Part shown: positions 1-13,223 of the stretch, piece after piece
Layout of the letters: each line of letters starts with the position of its first letter
How positions within the stretch are numbered: the stretch's first letter is position 1
Source: Octopus vulgaris
Lineage: Eukaryota
Direction: 5' to 3'
Length of the DNA stretch: 64,000 bases
Assembly: GCA_951406725.2 (NCBI GenBank)
Contig: OX597827.1
Location: 68,448,001 to 68,512,000 of the forward strand
Position numbers and translations under genes: made by a program
The notes under the pieces: generated by a model
Databases searched by the model: none
Told to the model about the DNA's origin: nothing
Seen by the model: only the letters and a program-made list of their open reading frames with translations

Positions 1-846
1 TCCAGTTGGCCTGCTCCCCAGCTGGCCTACTCTCCAGCTGACCTGCTCTCCAGTTGTACTGCTCTCCAGTTTCGCTTGCTATCCAGTTAGCTTGCTCTCC
101 TCTTGGCTTGCTCACTTGTTGGCCTGATCTCCAGCAGGCCTGCTCTCCAGTTGGTCTCCTCCCCAGCTGGCCTGTTCTCCAGCTGGCCTGCTCTCCAGTT
201 GTCCTGCACTCCATTTTCGCTTGCTATCCAGTAGGCTTGCTCTCCTTTTGGCTAGGCTTCCAGTTAGCCTGGTCTACTCTCCAGCTGGCCTGCTCTCCAG
301 TTGTACTGCTCTCCAGTTTCGCTTGCTATCCAGTTGGCTTGCTCTCCTGCTCTTTAGTTGTCCTGCTCTCCAGTTGGCTTGCTCTCCTTTTTACGTGCTC
401 TCCAGTTGGTCTGCTCTCCTTTTGAACTGCTCTCCAGTTGGCTTGCTCTCCTTTTGGCCTGCTCTTATTTGGCTTGCTCTCCTTTTGACTTGCTCCCGAG
501 TTTGCCTGTTCTTATTTGGCTTGCTCTCCTTTTGACTTGCTCCCCAGTTTTCCTGCTCTCCATTAGCTTACTCTCCTTTTAGCTTGTTCTCCTTTTAATT
601 CGCTTTCCAGTTGGCCCGCTCTCCTTTTAGCTTGCTCTCCTTTTGACTTGATCTCCTTTTCGCCTGCTCTCCAGTTTGCTTGCTGTCGTTTTGGCTTGCT
701 CTCCTTCTGGCTTGCTCTCCAGTTGGTCTGCTCTCCAGCTGGCCTTCTCTCCATTTGGCTTGCTCTCCAGTTGTCCTGTCCTCCATTTTGGCTTGCTCTC
801 CTTTTTAGCTTGCTCTCCTTTTGATTGCTCTCCAGTTGGTCTGCTC
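1..846. repeat. Degenerate minisatellite of ~17-18 bp units (core GCTTGCTCTCC / CCAGTTGG), open at window start
   Basis: Dozens of variants of ccagttggcttgctctcc(ttt); a short reverse-complement copy lies at 6516-6600. Confidence 0.85.
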
Positions 847-927
847 TACATACATACATATATACATTTTTATGTGTATTGTACATTTGCTTATAGATAC
901 ATATACATACATACTTGCATATATAAC

Positions 928-1226
928 TGGCGCTACGTCGGTTATGACGACGGAGGGGTTCCAGTTGATCCCATCAATGGAACATCCCTCTCGTGAAATT
1001 AATGTGCAAGTGGCAGACTATTCTACAGACACGTACGACCTTAACGTAGTTCTCAGGGACAAGGCTGGCCCTTTCAAATATAGATACTACTTTTTTCTTG
1101 CCGGGTGAATGGAATGGAGCAACCTGAAATACAGGGTCATGCTCACGGACACAACGCGTCGCCGGGAATTGAACTCACGACTTTGAAATCGTAAGCCGAA
1201 TGCCCTAACCAACTAAGCCACGAGCT
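928..1226 (-). mobile_element. tRNA-derived SINE, diverged relative of family C
   Basis: Minus strand starts GTGGCTTAGTTGGTTAGGG (A box), has GAGTTCAATTCCC (B box), then CORE-like GTTGTGTCCGTGAGCATGAC. Confidence 0.7.
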
Positions 1227-1231
1227 TTAAC

Positions 1232-1312
<81 letters not shown>

Positions 1313-1403
1313 CAATTTGAGGGTAAAATTAATTAATTATTAATCAATTTCACCAAGTATTCACTATGTAAAGGGACCATTTTAGGCGAATTCAAAATAT
1401 TAC

Positions 1404-1746
1404 ATTATATATAAGGGCTTAGTAAAATAAATTACTTTGCCACATACTGAACTCATTAGAAATAGCAGCTAAAGAAATTTCTTTAGCTATTTCTAATACT
1501 TAAAGAAGATCTCTCTCAGATAGTGTTTGCTCAAACCAACTCACAAAGGTATGGGGGAAAAAACATTAAAAAATCTTTGTGAGTTGGTTTGAGCAAACAC
1601 TATCTTTGTGAGTTGGTTTGAGCAAACACTATCTGAGAGAGATCTTCTTTAAGTATTAGAAATAGCTAAAGAAATTTCTTTAGCTGCTATTTCTAATGAG
1701 TTCAGTATGTGGCAAAGTAATTTATTTTACTAAGCCCTTATATATA

Positions 1747-1748
<2 letters not shown>
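1404..1748. repeat. Apparently perfect 145-bp inverted repeat (foldback) within TA-rich context
   Basis: Arms 1404-1548 and 1604-1748 read as reverse complements; spacer holds a 29-bp duplication (1575-1603) of the right arm start. Confidence 0.9.
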
Positions 1749-1777
<29 letters not shown>

Positions 1778-1932
1778 TTGATAAAAAAAGGTAAGACAAC
1801 AAAAGTAAGAAAGAGACCCCGATATTATGTAAATAGAGGAATTTATATGTAAATGTAATATGTGACAATTATTTGGTAGCCATGATAAAACTCCGAGTTT
1901 CGGATGCTTGGGCGGAAGTTTTCCGATGGCCG

Positions 1933-1993
1933 GATAACTGAAGAGATGGCGGTGTGGATTTCCACCTCGGCATCCGAAACACAGAGTTTTATC
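1933..1993 (+). ncRNA. Type I hammerhead ribozyme motif inside an inverted repeat (1848-2029)
   Basis: GATAA CTGAAGA [GATG..GGTG..CACC..CATC C] GAAA CACAGAG TT TTATC; helix I GATAA/TTATC; the left arm gives helix III as ACTC-G-GAGT. Confidence 0.7.
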
Positions 1994-2028
1994 ATGGCTA
2001 CCGAATAATCGTCACATATAACATTTAC

Positions 2029-2093
<65 letters not shown>

Positions 2094-2348
2094 TATACAC
2101 AGACACAAACATATATATATAGGATGTGTGCACGAGCCTAGCAGCTGAATCTTTGCATGTTTACACACAACAACGTATACGTACATAAGGTACTGGAGAG
2201 CCTTTTTGCCAATAATACCGCCAGGAGAATCTGGAAATTGTGAGAAGCTAAGATTCCTCCTTGTTCTCTCTCGTTCGCTCTCTTGTATGTTTGCTTGTTG
2301 GGGTTTTTTTGTTTTAATGGTTTCATTTATATATAATTGTTTTTATGC

Positions 2349-2411
<63 letters not shown>

Positions 2412-3332
2412 CATATATATATATGTTATATATGTGTGTATGTCTTATATGTATATATATATATATAAGCATATAAATATATGTATATATATGCATATAT
2501 GTATATATATATACATATATACATAGATATGCATATAAATATATTTATGTATATATATATGTATATATATATATATATATATATACATATATATATGTAT
2601 GTGATATATTTGGTTAAGCACATTCATACATATATACATACATACGTACCTATGTATGTTTGTATGCATGTAGGTATGTATGTATGTATGTGTTTATGTA
2701 TATATGTATATATGTATGCGTGTATTTATGTATGTATGTATGTATGCATGCATGCATGTATGTATGTGTGTGTGTATGTATTTATGTATATATGTATATA
2801 TGTAAGTGTGTATGTGTGTATTTATGTATGTATGCATGCATGCATGCATGTATGTATGTAGGTATGTGTGTATGTATGTGTGTGTGTATGTATGTATCAC
2901 TAAAGTGGCGGAAGAGAAGACCATTCCTCGGTTCTTTGGCTACATCCTTTGTATGGCAATTAGACTTACTTTAACGCGTGTCATGGCGACCACAACAGAC
3001 AAGAAGGACGGACTCCAAGAGAAGACGAAGAGAATTTATTTTCTTCTACCCCTTCTTCTATGAACGGCGGATGTGCTTGTAAATATATATCCACCCACCT
3101 AAAATTTATAAATTATGAATTCAGCTTTCAGCTCTCAGCTATCAGCTCTCAACTTCATTCAGATTTAGCTTCACAAATATGTATTTACCATATTCTATAT
3201 ACACTCACAGGCACACAGAATAACAAGCAAGCTGTACAAAGGCCATACGTACCCACCTATCTGTATTATGTATGCTTGTTTGAGAGTGATTACGACTGTC
3301 GCTACGCATATAATTTGTATATGTAGATATAC

Positions 3333-3736
3333 TTAAGTTAAGTTAATTTTTTGGCTCAAAAAGCAAAAAGCAAGGCCATGTAGGGGGACATGGAGTTACG
3401 TACAGGGTGGTGTTCATGCAAAGAGTTCAGGTCATTTATGGTCAAGGGAGACTTTGAACCGAGCGGTCGTCGGCATCTTCACCATCTCGTCCGGCAGCTT
3501 ATTCCACGGATCCGCAACCCGGACGGAGAAAGCCCCCCTCTCCTTCGATTGAGATGAAATCGTCGCAGATAGAGCTTTTCGGAGTGACCCCGCAACCGAC
3601 GCTCTGGAGCAGGAGTGAAGAACAGCTCTTTCGAGGGGTTAGACTTTCCGCTAATGATGTTGTGAGAAAGAATGAGATCACCACGGTGTCGTCGTTTTTC
3701 TAGAGAATAAAGGTCGAGCGTCTTCAGCCTTTCTTC
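3333..3736 (-). mobile_element. CR1-clade LINE ORF2 C-terminus and 3' tail (truncated, frameshifted)
   Basis: EERLKTLDLYSLEKRRHRGDLI...RLRGHSEKL...; shifted frame continues FSVRVADPWNKLP; (AACTT)n tail. Confidence 0.85.
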
Positions 3737-4068
3737 AAATATATATGGATGCACGTATGTATATACATATTTTAAGATTTCGCTTACGCATAGAGATACT
3801 AATAATCTGGTGTTAGGACTCAATATACATGCGTTTCAGAACAAAGCGTTAGGCGAGTACAGAGCGTAATATGAAATTAAATGAATGACAAGGGAGGGAA
3901 CAGGAATTATTTTCCTGCATTCTCTTATTCTTCTATTTGTTTCAGTCTAAGTACAACCTTGAAGGATTTTAGTCGAACAAATCTGACCCCACAGCTTATT
4001 ACTTTTAAAGCCTAGTACTTATTCTAACGGTCTCTTTTAAGCGGTGATGAGGGGAAAAACGCAGACAA

Positions 4069-4144
<76 letters not shown>

Positions 4145-4217
4145 TTTGTCTTGAAGTACGAGCGAAAATCCCCAGTAGAAGCACACAAATCGTCCCATCT
4201 ATAAGGTTAATAAAACC

Positions 4218-4446
4218 AGGCGCAGGAGTGGCTGTGCGGTAAGTAGCTTGCTTACCAACCACATGGCTACGGGTTCAGTCTCACTGAGTGGCATCTTGGG
4301 CAAGTGTCTTCTACTATAGCTTCGGACCAACAAAAACCTTGTGAGTGGATTTGATAGGCGGAAACAGAAAGAAGCCGGTCGTATATATATATATATGTAT
4401 GTGTATGTATATGTTTGTGTGTCTGTATTTATCCCCCAACATCGCT
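4218..4446 (+). mobile_element. SINE family A, 5' part
   Basis: AGGCGCAGGAGTGGCTGTGCGGTAAG head, GGGTTCAGTC B box, CORE-like CTTGGGCAAGTGTCTT. Confidence 0.85.
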
Positions 4447-4831
4447 TGTGTATGTGTGTGTTTGCGTGTGTGTTGGCGTGTGGTGTGTGTGTGTTTGCGT
4501 GCGTGTGTATGTGTATGTACGTGTGTGTGTATGTGTGTGTGTGTATGTGTGTGTGTCCGTGTGTGTGTAGGCAGTGAGAAGGAGAGAGAGACCGATTACA
4601 TGGAAATATAATAGACTAAATGAACAAATATATATGTCTTTTAATCCTGTATTCGTGATTTTACTATACACGCACAATATATTAGGTAGGGAAATCCTGG
4701 CATCTGTGGGTCGTACGGTCTTCTTACCGGGTAAAAAATATCGTGTCAATTGGGCTTTTGTTCATAGTCTAGGTCTTCTTTGCCGTGTCCGATGGATTAA
4801 AAACAACCAAATCTCTCTGTAAAATCTCCCT

Positions 4832-5029
4832 CTTTTACTTGTTTCAGTCATTTGACTGTGGACATGCTGGAGCATCGCATTTAGTCGAGCAAATCGACCC
4901 CAGGAATTATTCTTTGTAAGCTTAGTACTTAGTCTATCGGTCTCTTTTGTCGAACCGCTAAGTTACGGGGACGTAAACACACCAGCATCGGTTGTCAAGT
5001 GATGTTGGGGGACAAACACAGACACACAA

Positions 5030-5076
<47 letters not shown>

Positions 5077-5420
5077 AATATATATATAGGGAGAGTTGAC
5101 GAAAAGAACAAAAGACGGAGACAGGTGGTGTACAAAACAAACATATGTATTAGTATAACGGTCAGGAATAGAAAAAGTCTTTTACGTTTCGAGCCTAAGC
5201 TCTTCTACAGAAAGGGACACAGAAAAAAACAAGGAGAGAAAGAAAATGTGTGTAGTGGCTACCGATCTATCATGGCGACTGCCGGACAGAAAGCTCACAC
5301 ACGGGCTTCTTTCAGTTTCCTTCAACGAAATCCACTCACAAGGCTTTGGTCGGCCCGAGGCTATAGTAGAAGACACTTGCCCAAGGTGCCACGCAGTGGG
5401 ACTGAACCCGGAACCATGAA
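4832..5420 (-). mobile_element. SINE family A interrupted in its internal microsatellite by a Penelope terminal-repeat fragment
   Basis: Tail at 4832-5030 and body at 5300-5420 match other family A copies. Confidence 0.85.
5086..5290 (-). mobile_element. Solo Penelope-like terminal repeat (pLTR) fragment with hammerhead motif at 5178-5215
   Basis: Similar to 59250-59460; minus strand CCTTT CTGTAGA A GAG CTTAGG CTC GAAA CG TA AAAGA. Confidence 0.8.
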
Positions 5421-5454
5421 ATTTAGCTTAAGAAAAAAGAAAAAAAACCTGCTA

Positions 5455-5815
5455 ACATGGTTCCGGGTTCAGTCCCACTGCGTAGCATCTTGGGCAAGTG
5501 TCTTCTGCTATAGCCCCGGGCCGACCAATGCCTTGTGAGTGGATTTGGTAGACGGAAACTGAAAGAAGCCTGTCGTATATATGTACATATATATATAAGT
5601 GTGTGTGTATGTGTTTGTGTGTCTGTGTTTGTCCCCCTAGCATTGCTTGACAACCGATGCTGGTGTGTTTACGTCCCTGTCACTTAGCGGTTCGGCAAAA
5701 TGAACCGATAGAATAAGTACTGGGCTTACTGGGCTTACAATCCCGGGGTCGATTTGCTCGACTAATGGCGGTGCTCCAGCATGGCCGCAGTCAAATGACT
5801 GAAACAAGTAAAAGA
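5455..5815 (+). mobile_element. SINE family A
   Basis: B box, CORE-like block and GGCGGTGCTCCAGCATGGCCGCAGTCAAATGACTGAAAC tail. Confidence 0.9.
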
Positions 5816-6122
5816 GTTAAAAGAGTTAAAGAGTTAATAAAAATATAAAATGATTATATGTAGGTTTTCTTTGAAAGAACGGTTTTATAAGAGTAAAATG
5901 GTAAAAAGTAAAATTTGTCACAGAAATTACCATTCCATCTATATACTTTTGAGTGCTTTTGTCACTCGTTGGCAGACCAATTCTTTGTGAAGGGATTAGG
6001 GAGTCGGAAATTATGTAGAAGCTTTCCGTGTAAGTGTGTGTGTGTATGTGTGTCCGTCTTTGTCCCCTGTACTGCTTGACAACAGGTGTTGAATTGGTTA
6101 TACCATCTGTAATTTAGTGGTG

Positions 6123-6360
6123 ACGCGTGGCTTAGTGGTTAGGGAACTGGACTCATGATCGTAAGATTGTGGTTTCGATTCTTGGATCGGGCAACGCGTT
6201 GTGCTCTTGAGAAAAACACTTCATTTCACGTTGCTCTAGTCTATTCAACGGGCAAAAATGAATAATCATTCGACGGACCGGCGTCCCGTTTAGGTAGGGC
6301 ATATATGTGTCTCGGAACCCGGGAAAATGGCCCTTATCAGTCGGTGTGACTCGAGAAGGT
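6123..6360 (+). mobile_element. tRNA-derived SINE (family C-like head) nested in a decayed family A copy
   Basis: GCGTGGCTTAGTGGTTAGGG...GTTTCGATTC...GTTGTGCTCTTGAGAAAAACACTT; family A remnants on both sides. Confidence 0.7.
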
Positions 6361-6709
6361 AACTTTACTTCTTTTTATAATCCGCAACTTAGCGGTTCAG
6401 CAAAGGAACAGATAGAATAAGCACCAGGATTAAAATAAGGACTGTGATCGATTTGTTGGGCTAAAATATGTGAACAATCTCCTCAGATATAGAATCGGAG
6501 ATGTACCGTTTTCAAGGAGAGCAAGCCAACTGGATAGCAAGTGAAACTGGAGAGCAAGTCAGCTGGAGAGTAGGCAAGCTCGGGAGCAGGCCAACTGGAG
6601 GATGATGTACCGGAGATGTACCGGTTTCAATGTTCGACAAAATCAATTTAGTCGTGTTGTCATGGACGTAATTTCAGTGTCTGTGTTTATGTATGTCTTT
6701 GAGAATACG

Positions 6710-6748
<39 letters not shown>

Positions 6749-6754
6749 TGTTTG

Positions 6755-6960
6755 TATGTCTGTGTTCGTCCCCTCAACATCGCTTGACAACCGACGCTGG
6801 TGTGTTTACGTCCCCGTAACTTAGCGGTTCGGGAAAAAAAAAGAGCCCGATGGAATAAGTACTAAGCATAAAAAAAGAATAAGTCTCGGGGGTCGATTTG
6901 CTCTCGACTGAAAGCTGTGCCCCCAGCATGGCCGCAGTCAAATGACTGAAACCAAGTTAA
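6755..6960 (+). mobile_element. SINE family A 3' half
   Basis: CATCGCTTGACAACCG...CCAGCATGGCCGCAGTCAAATGACTGAAAC. Confidence 0.85.
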
Positions 6961-7343
6961 GAAAAATAGAAGAGCATCCATCAGTGACTTTCCGCCACAC
7001 ACAAACAAGCAGTCCAAGGAGATGACGACCGCTTCAGTTGACAGTCCAGTTCAAGGCTGCTTCAAGAAGCTGAGTCAGAAGCATCTCTACGTAAATGAGA
7101 GGTGTTTAACGGACATTATTTTTAGCCAAGTCTGAACAACTGAGCGATTTTATTTTATTACACTTGACTGAAGAGTTTCGTTCCGCCTCTCACCGGAAAT
7201 GAAAACAAATTTCATATTTTTATGATGCTCTTGACTTTTATTTTCTCATGACCTCAATCCACCAAATGCAAAATACATAATTAATTACGAACCCTTACTA
7301 GAATTATATTTGTGTGTGTGTGTGTGTGTGTGTCTGTACGCAC

Positions 7344-7396
<53 letters not shown>

Positions 7397-7736
7397 AATA
7401 TATAAGAGACTTATGTGTATATATAACATATACACACGTATATGTGCATACATATACATGTATAAGTGTCCATATATGTTTGATGTATGCATATTTACAT
7501 ACATCAATAAGTATACCATAAGTATACATATATGTATGCACCATGCACGTAAGTACACACACACACAAGCACAAACACAAACATACACACACACACACAT
7601 ATATACATGTATGTACATGCATATATGTGTATGTATACTCTATACGTGTGCATATACAGAAATATACATAACTACATGCATTTATGATTATATATAACTT
7701 ATATATATATGTATGTATGTATGTATATATATATAC

Positions 7737-7848
<112 letters not shown>

Positions 7849-7864
7849 GAAATAAATTTATGAA

Positions 7865-8087
<223 letters not shown>

Positions 8088-9014
8088 TACATACATGCAT
8101 GCATACATATACATATAAATGCATACATGCATGCATACTTACATAAACACATGCACACACACACACATACACACATATATATATATACACACACACACAC
8201 AAATTGATGTATATGTGCATCTGTGGAGGCGTTTGTTTGTGTGTTTGTTGCGACCTCATCTACCATCCGCTGACATCGCTGCCATCACCTCAAAACAACT
8301 CCACAGATGCAGCTACCACCGCAATCTCCATCACTAGCACTAACAATCGCCCGTTCCTACTACCACACCTCCTACTCACTCCTCCTACTGCAACCCCCTA
8401 ACCCCGCGCCGCCCGCTTCACTTACCATCGGCACCGTCATCGCCACCGCCGTCCGTCGCCATTGCATCCACCACCGACGAAGACGATCACCGCTTCAACT
8501 CCCACCACCACCACCACCACCACCACCACCATCACCACCGCCACCACTATGACTACTACTAATGCGTTCTTTGGGGGGGTAGCTGCTGTCGCCACCAGTT
8601 GCTACAAATATCTCAGCGATACGCAACACCCCTTTAAACCACCCCCAGTTGTCCTTTGACATACACAACCGCAAAAAACTTCACTGGTACATAACGTCAC
8701 TAAACCCCCAACTCCCCTCACCCCACCCACCCCACCAGTTCCACGAATAGTACCACTCGAAATATTACCAAGATTATGTCCATCGCCGCCGCCACGATCA
8801 CCGCCACCTTCGGCACTGATATCACTTTACCTCTTACCATTCTAATTGCTATCTATAACAACAAGACTTGCAAAAACAAAAAAATCCGTCAACTCTAAAT
8901 GCTGCTGTGACCAGCAACCACTGCAGCGCTACTATTACTATCCCGCTTCCACTCATTTCTACAATTCCTGATAATAACAGGAACCCTGGCAAGAAACGTA
9001 AACAGTTCTATTAA

Positions 9015-10198
9015 TCTATATATATATAAAAGCTGAAGTTGTCTGTGTATAGCAGGCTTTGTAGCCTTCAACTAACACTATCTCCTCCGGGACCCTGCGG
9101 CGAAAGTTGACTAAAATTGAAAGTATGATAGAAGAAGGCTTGCTCTCCATTCCGTAGAAGATAAAATTCAAATCGGACCATGTTAACACCAAAAATTATT
9201 TACATCAAAAAGGTGCTTTTTTTTCTATGAAAATCCCTTTTTTTTTTTTACAATTTTTTGACTGCTGGGTCGTCATTTTTTCGGTGTATTTCAACCAGAA
9301 AAATGTTCACTTAAAGAGAATAACAAGCTACATAATGCAAAATTTTTACCTTTCAAAAATTCCAATTCTGAAGGGTCGAAACAAACCCGAGCAACACCGG
9401 GCGATACTGCTAGTCTATATATATAAAGCTGAAGTTGTCTGTGTATGGCAGGTTTGGTAGCCTTCAACTAACACTATCTCCTCCGGGACCCTGCGGCGAA
9501 AGTTGACTAAAATTGAAAGTATGATAGAAGAAGGCTTGCTCTTCATTCCGTAGAAGATAAAATTCAAATCGGACCATGTTAACACCAAAAATTATTTACA
9601 TCAAAAAGGTGCTTTTTTTTCTATGAAAATCCCTTTTTTTTTACGATTTTTGACTTCTAGGTCGCCATTTTTCGGTGTATTTCAACCAGAAAAATGTTCA
9701 CTTAAAGAGAATAACAAGCTACATAATGCAAAATTTTTACCTTTCAAAAATTTCAATTCTGAAGGGTCGAAACAAACCCGAGCAACACCGGGCGATACTG
9801 CTAGTCTATATATATAAAGCTGAAGTTGTCTGTGTATGGCAGGTTTGGTAGCCTTCAACTAACACTATCTCCTCCGAGACCCTGCGGCGCAAGTTGACCA
9901 AAATTGAGAGTATGATAGAAGAAGGCTTGTTCTTCATTCCGTATAAGATAAAATTCAAATCAGACCATGTTAACACCAAAAATTATTTACATCAAAAAGG
10001 TGCTTTTTTTTCTTTGAAAATCCCTTTTTTTTTTACGATTTTTTGACTGCTGGGTCGCCATTTTTCGGTGTATTTCAACCAGAAAAATGTTCACTTAAAG
10101 AGAATAACAAGCTACATAATGCAAAATTTTTACCTTTCAAAAATTTCAATTCTGAAGTTGTCGAAACAAGCCCGAGCATCGCTGGGCGATACTGCTAG
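9015..10198 (+). mobile_element. Head-to-tail trimer of a ~395-bp non-autonomous Helitron
   Basis: Units 9015-9413, 9414-9804, 9805-10198; each starts TCTATATATA and ends with a CCCG..CGGG hairpin then CTAG; array sits between A and T with no TSD. Confidence 0.9.
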
Positions 10199-10262
10199 TA
10201 CAATTATAAATACAACAAATCCACCGCCACCACCATCATTTTTACTAGTAAATAAAATGCAA

Positions 10263-10608
10263 TGGGTAAAGACTTCCTTTCGGTCATGAATGACCATGGG
10301 GTTGCACCTAGAAAGTTTCCCTCCCAAGGCACAAGTTCGGACAAGGTTGTTTATGGAAGACCAGCCGTCGCCCATGCATGCCAGTCTCCCCTCTCCATGC
10401 CACCGATGTTATCCGAGGGAAAGGGAAAGGGACCGATAGAGCTTGTCACCAGTGACGTCACAACTCGTTTCTACAGCTGAGTGAAGTGGAGCAACGTGAA
10501 ATAAAGTGTCTTGCTCAAGAAAACAACACTCAGCGCAATCCGGGAATCGAACACATTACCTCATGATTGGGAGCCCGACGCTCTAACCACTAAGCCAATG
10601 CGCCTTCA
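10263..10608 (-). mobile_element. SINE family C (tRNA head, CORE-like block)
   Basis: Minus strand GGCGCATTGGCTTAGTGGTTAGAGCG...GTTCGATTCCCG...TTCTTGAGCAAGACACTT; matches 11747, 26810 and 35863 copies. Confidence 0.9.
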
Positions 10609-10963
10609 CGCCGTCTCTGGACATTACAGACCCGAGTCTTAGGATTCATAGGGTTTGCAATGCGTGAAAGATTACAACATATCACCACCGTCCCTGAACA
10701 GGACGATAATCTGTCGCAGCGTTACTCAGCCACAGTTGAGAGGTGCTGGACAAGGTCAAATAGCATAATTTGTTCCAGAACATAATGCACCGCCCGGTCC
10801 GGAAATCAAAACCGCCATATTGCGATCGTAGTGCAATACCCCAATCTAAAGGTCACATGTGTTCACACTACAACAACAATAACTACCACTACTACTGCTG
10901 TTGCTCCTACTTCGGATGTTGCCATTACTGTTGTTGCTACTACTACTACTACCGCTACTACTT

Positions 10964-11011
<48 letters not shown>

Positions 11012-11099
11012 AGACACCGATTTAAAGTCATTCTATAGAAGTTGAAGATGTTCAAGCCAAGTTTCTTTTACACCAATCTCTGCAACCTGGTGGAGCATA

Positions 11100-11230
11100 A
11101 AATTTATAGTACTGACAAAAATGGCAGCAGATTGTACAAAGTCAGACACAAGCAATGTTTCACAATATTTGCAAAAAGCAGCACTACATTACTGTCGAAG
11201 TACATTTGGAACTTGAAAGATAAAATATAA
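11100..11230 (+). pseudogene. Possible decayed Penelope-like endonuclease fragment
   Basis: RHKQCF...STTLLSKYIWNLKDK resembles the HKxSF...STxLSKxIWxLKD motif of PLE GIY-YIG C-termini (recall-based). Confidence 0.35.
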
Positions 11231-11746
11231 TATAATATAGATATTTTCTAGGCAATCATTTACTTAAATATTTCCTAATCCTTTACTTAAATATTTCTTA
11301 ATACCTTAGCAGAATAATCTGTGATTAACTTCAAAAATCAGAAACACGCTGGACCGAAGAAATGAGACCGTCTCACGATAAAAGCATCAGAATAATTAGA
11401 ATTTTTTTTAGATGTTCTTAACTCAAATGCGATAAACACCTGAAGCTGCAACGGCATCACAGTTAACAGTAGAAGTGCTACAATGCGGACGCAGAAGTAA
11501 CACCGAAACAGAGTAACCAACAAATTAACCCACGGAATAACAATTTAAAAACACCAGATATAAAATGACAGTTTATGAAATTGAGAGACGATGATTTTAT
11601 CAAAACAAAGTATAGTGTTACAGTTGATATGTTAAGAAAGGCAACGACTGGAATCGTCAATGAAAAGTTATAGACAAATAAACAACTTCAGCAAAACAGG
11701 ATATGATAAAGTTATTAACATGTATATACAGGGCAACTATGCTGCT

Positions 11747-12060
11747 GAGACCCCCTTCGGTCATGACTGACCGTGGGATTGCACCTAGAAAGTTACCCTC
11801 CCAGGCACAAGTCCGGGCAAGGTTGTTTATAGAAGACCGACAGTTGCCCATACATACCAGCCTCCCCTCTCCACGCCACCAGTGTTATCCAAGGGAAAGG
11901 TAAAGGGGCCGAAACAGCTTGGCACCTGTGACGTCGCAACTCATTTTTACAGCTGAGTGAACTGGAGTAACATGAAATAAAGTGTCTTGCTCAAGAACAC
12001 AACGCGCAGCCCGGTCAGAGATTTGAACTCACAACCTCACGATCTAACCACTGAGCCATG
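11747..12060 (-). mobile_element. SINE family C
   Basis: Near-full match to 35863-36210. Confidence 0.9.
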
Positions 12061-12148
12061 ATGTCATAAGCAACTAAACACTGTTAGCGAAACTGGACGT
12101 GATTTAGTTGAACAAGATACGATTATGCAATCGTAAAGGATTGATAAG

Positions 12149-12217
<69 letters not shown>

Positions 12218-12734
12218 CTACTGACCAGCAAAAAGTGATATACATGTAAACAAGTTTGGATCAAACAGAATACTATTACAAAACGACAACTAGAAGCAAG
12301 ACAACAATTGAATTAACCAACGATGTGATACCAAAAGACGTGAATTAAGAAGCAAACAGCAACCTGAATATCAGGTAAAAATAGACCAGCGAAGGAGCGA
12401 AGGTGACTATGAGAAATATAAAACAATACCATAAAAGAAAAAGCATTTATAAAACTGCCTATGAAGATGACAGTCATACAAAAAGAATCTACCGTTCAAG
12501 TCCTAATACATACATACGTACAAATTTTATTCAACAAAAGCAATAACAGCATGTAGCAAAAACATCTTTAAATGATTATTCCGGAGCATATTCACCATCT
12601 ACTTCAATGACTACTTACCATTTGCTTGGCTGGCGTTTATTTATTTATTTTTATTTTTTTTTGTTAAATATTATTATTGTTTTTATTGAATAAAATTTGT
12701 TGAAGAAAAACAGCAATAATTATGCACCAACCCA

Positions 12735-12813
<79 letters not shown>

Positions 12814-12853
12814 ATCTGTTTCATGTACGATATTAGAATATTAGCATATTCTA

Positions 12854-12910
<57 letters not shown>

Positions 12911-12950
12911 ATCTGTTTCATGTACGATATTAGAATATTAGCATATTCTA

Positions 12951-12990
<40 letters not shown>

Positions 12991-13087
12991 TCTCTCTCTC
13001 TCTCTCTCTCTGTATGTATGTAAACAGACCCCAAAACAGCAACAAATTCATATACATGAAAAGTAATAACATTTGCTGCTGCTGTTG

Positions 13088-13161
<74 letters not shown>

Positions 13162-13192
13162 TCTTGTTCTTCTACTATGTCTTGTTCTTCTT

Positions 13193-13223
<31 letters not shown>

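Noticed and set aside
1-846. CRISPR-like periodicity
   Set aside because: No unique spacers, degenerate units, eukaryotic context, no cas genes
54-886. Leu/Ser-rich repetitive ORFs
   Set aside because: Product of the 17-18 bp minisatellite with indels; open on both strands
1455-1472. Resemblance of TAGAAATAGC to the sgRNA scaffold
   Set aside because: Short match with no flanking scaffold; part of a native repeat motif
2895-3035. Possible RTE fragment (RFFGYILCM)
   Set aside because: Single weak motif only
9368-9390. CTGAAGGGTCGAAAC in Helitron units as a hammerhead
   Set aside because: Core lacks A9 and there is no helix II
12811-12955. 45-bp duplication between TA tracts
   Set aside because: Most simply slippage or assembly duplication
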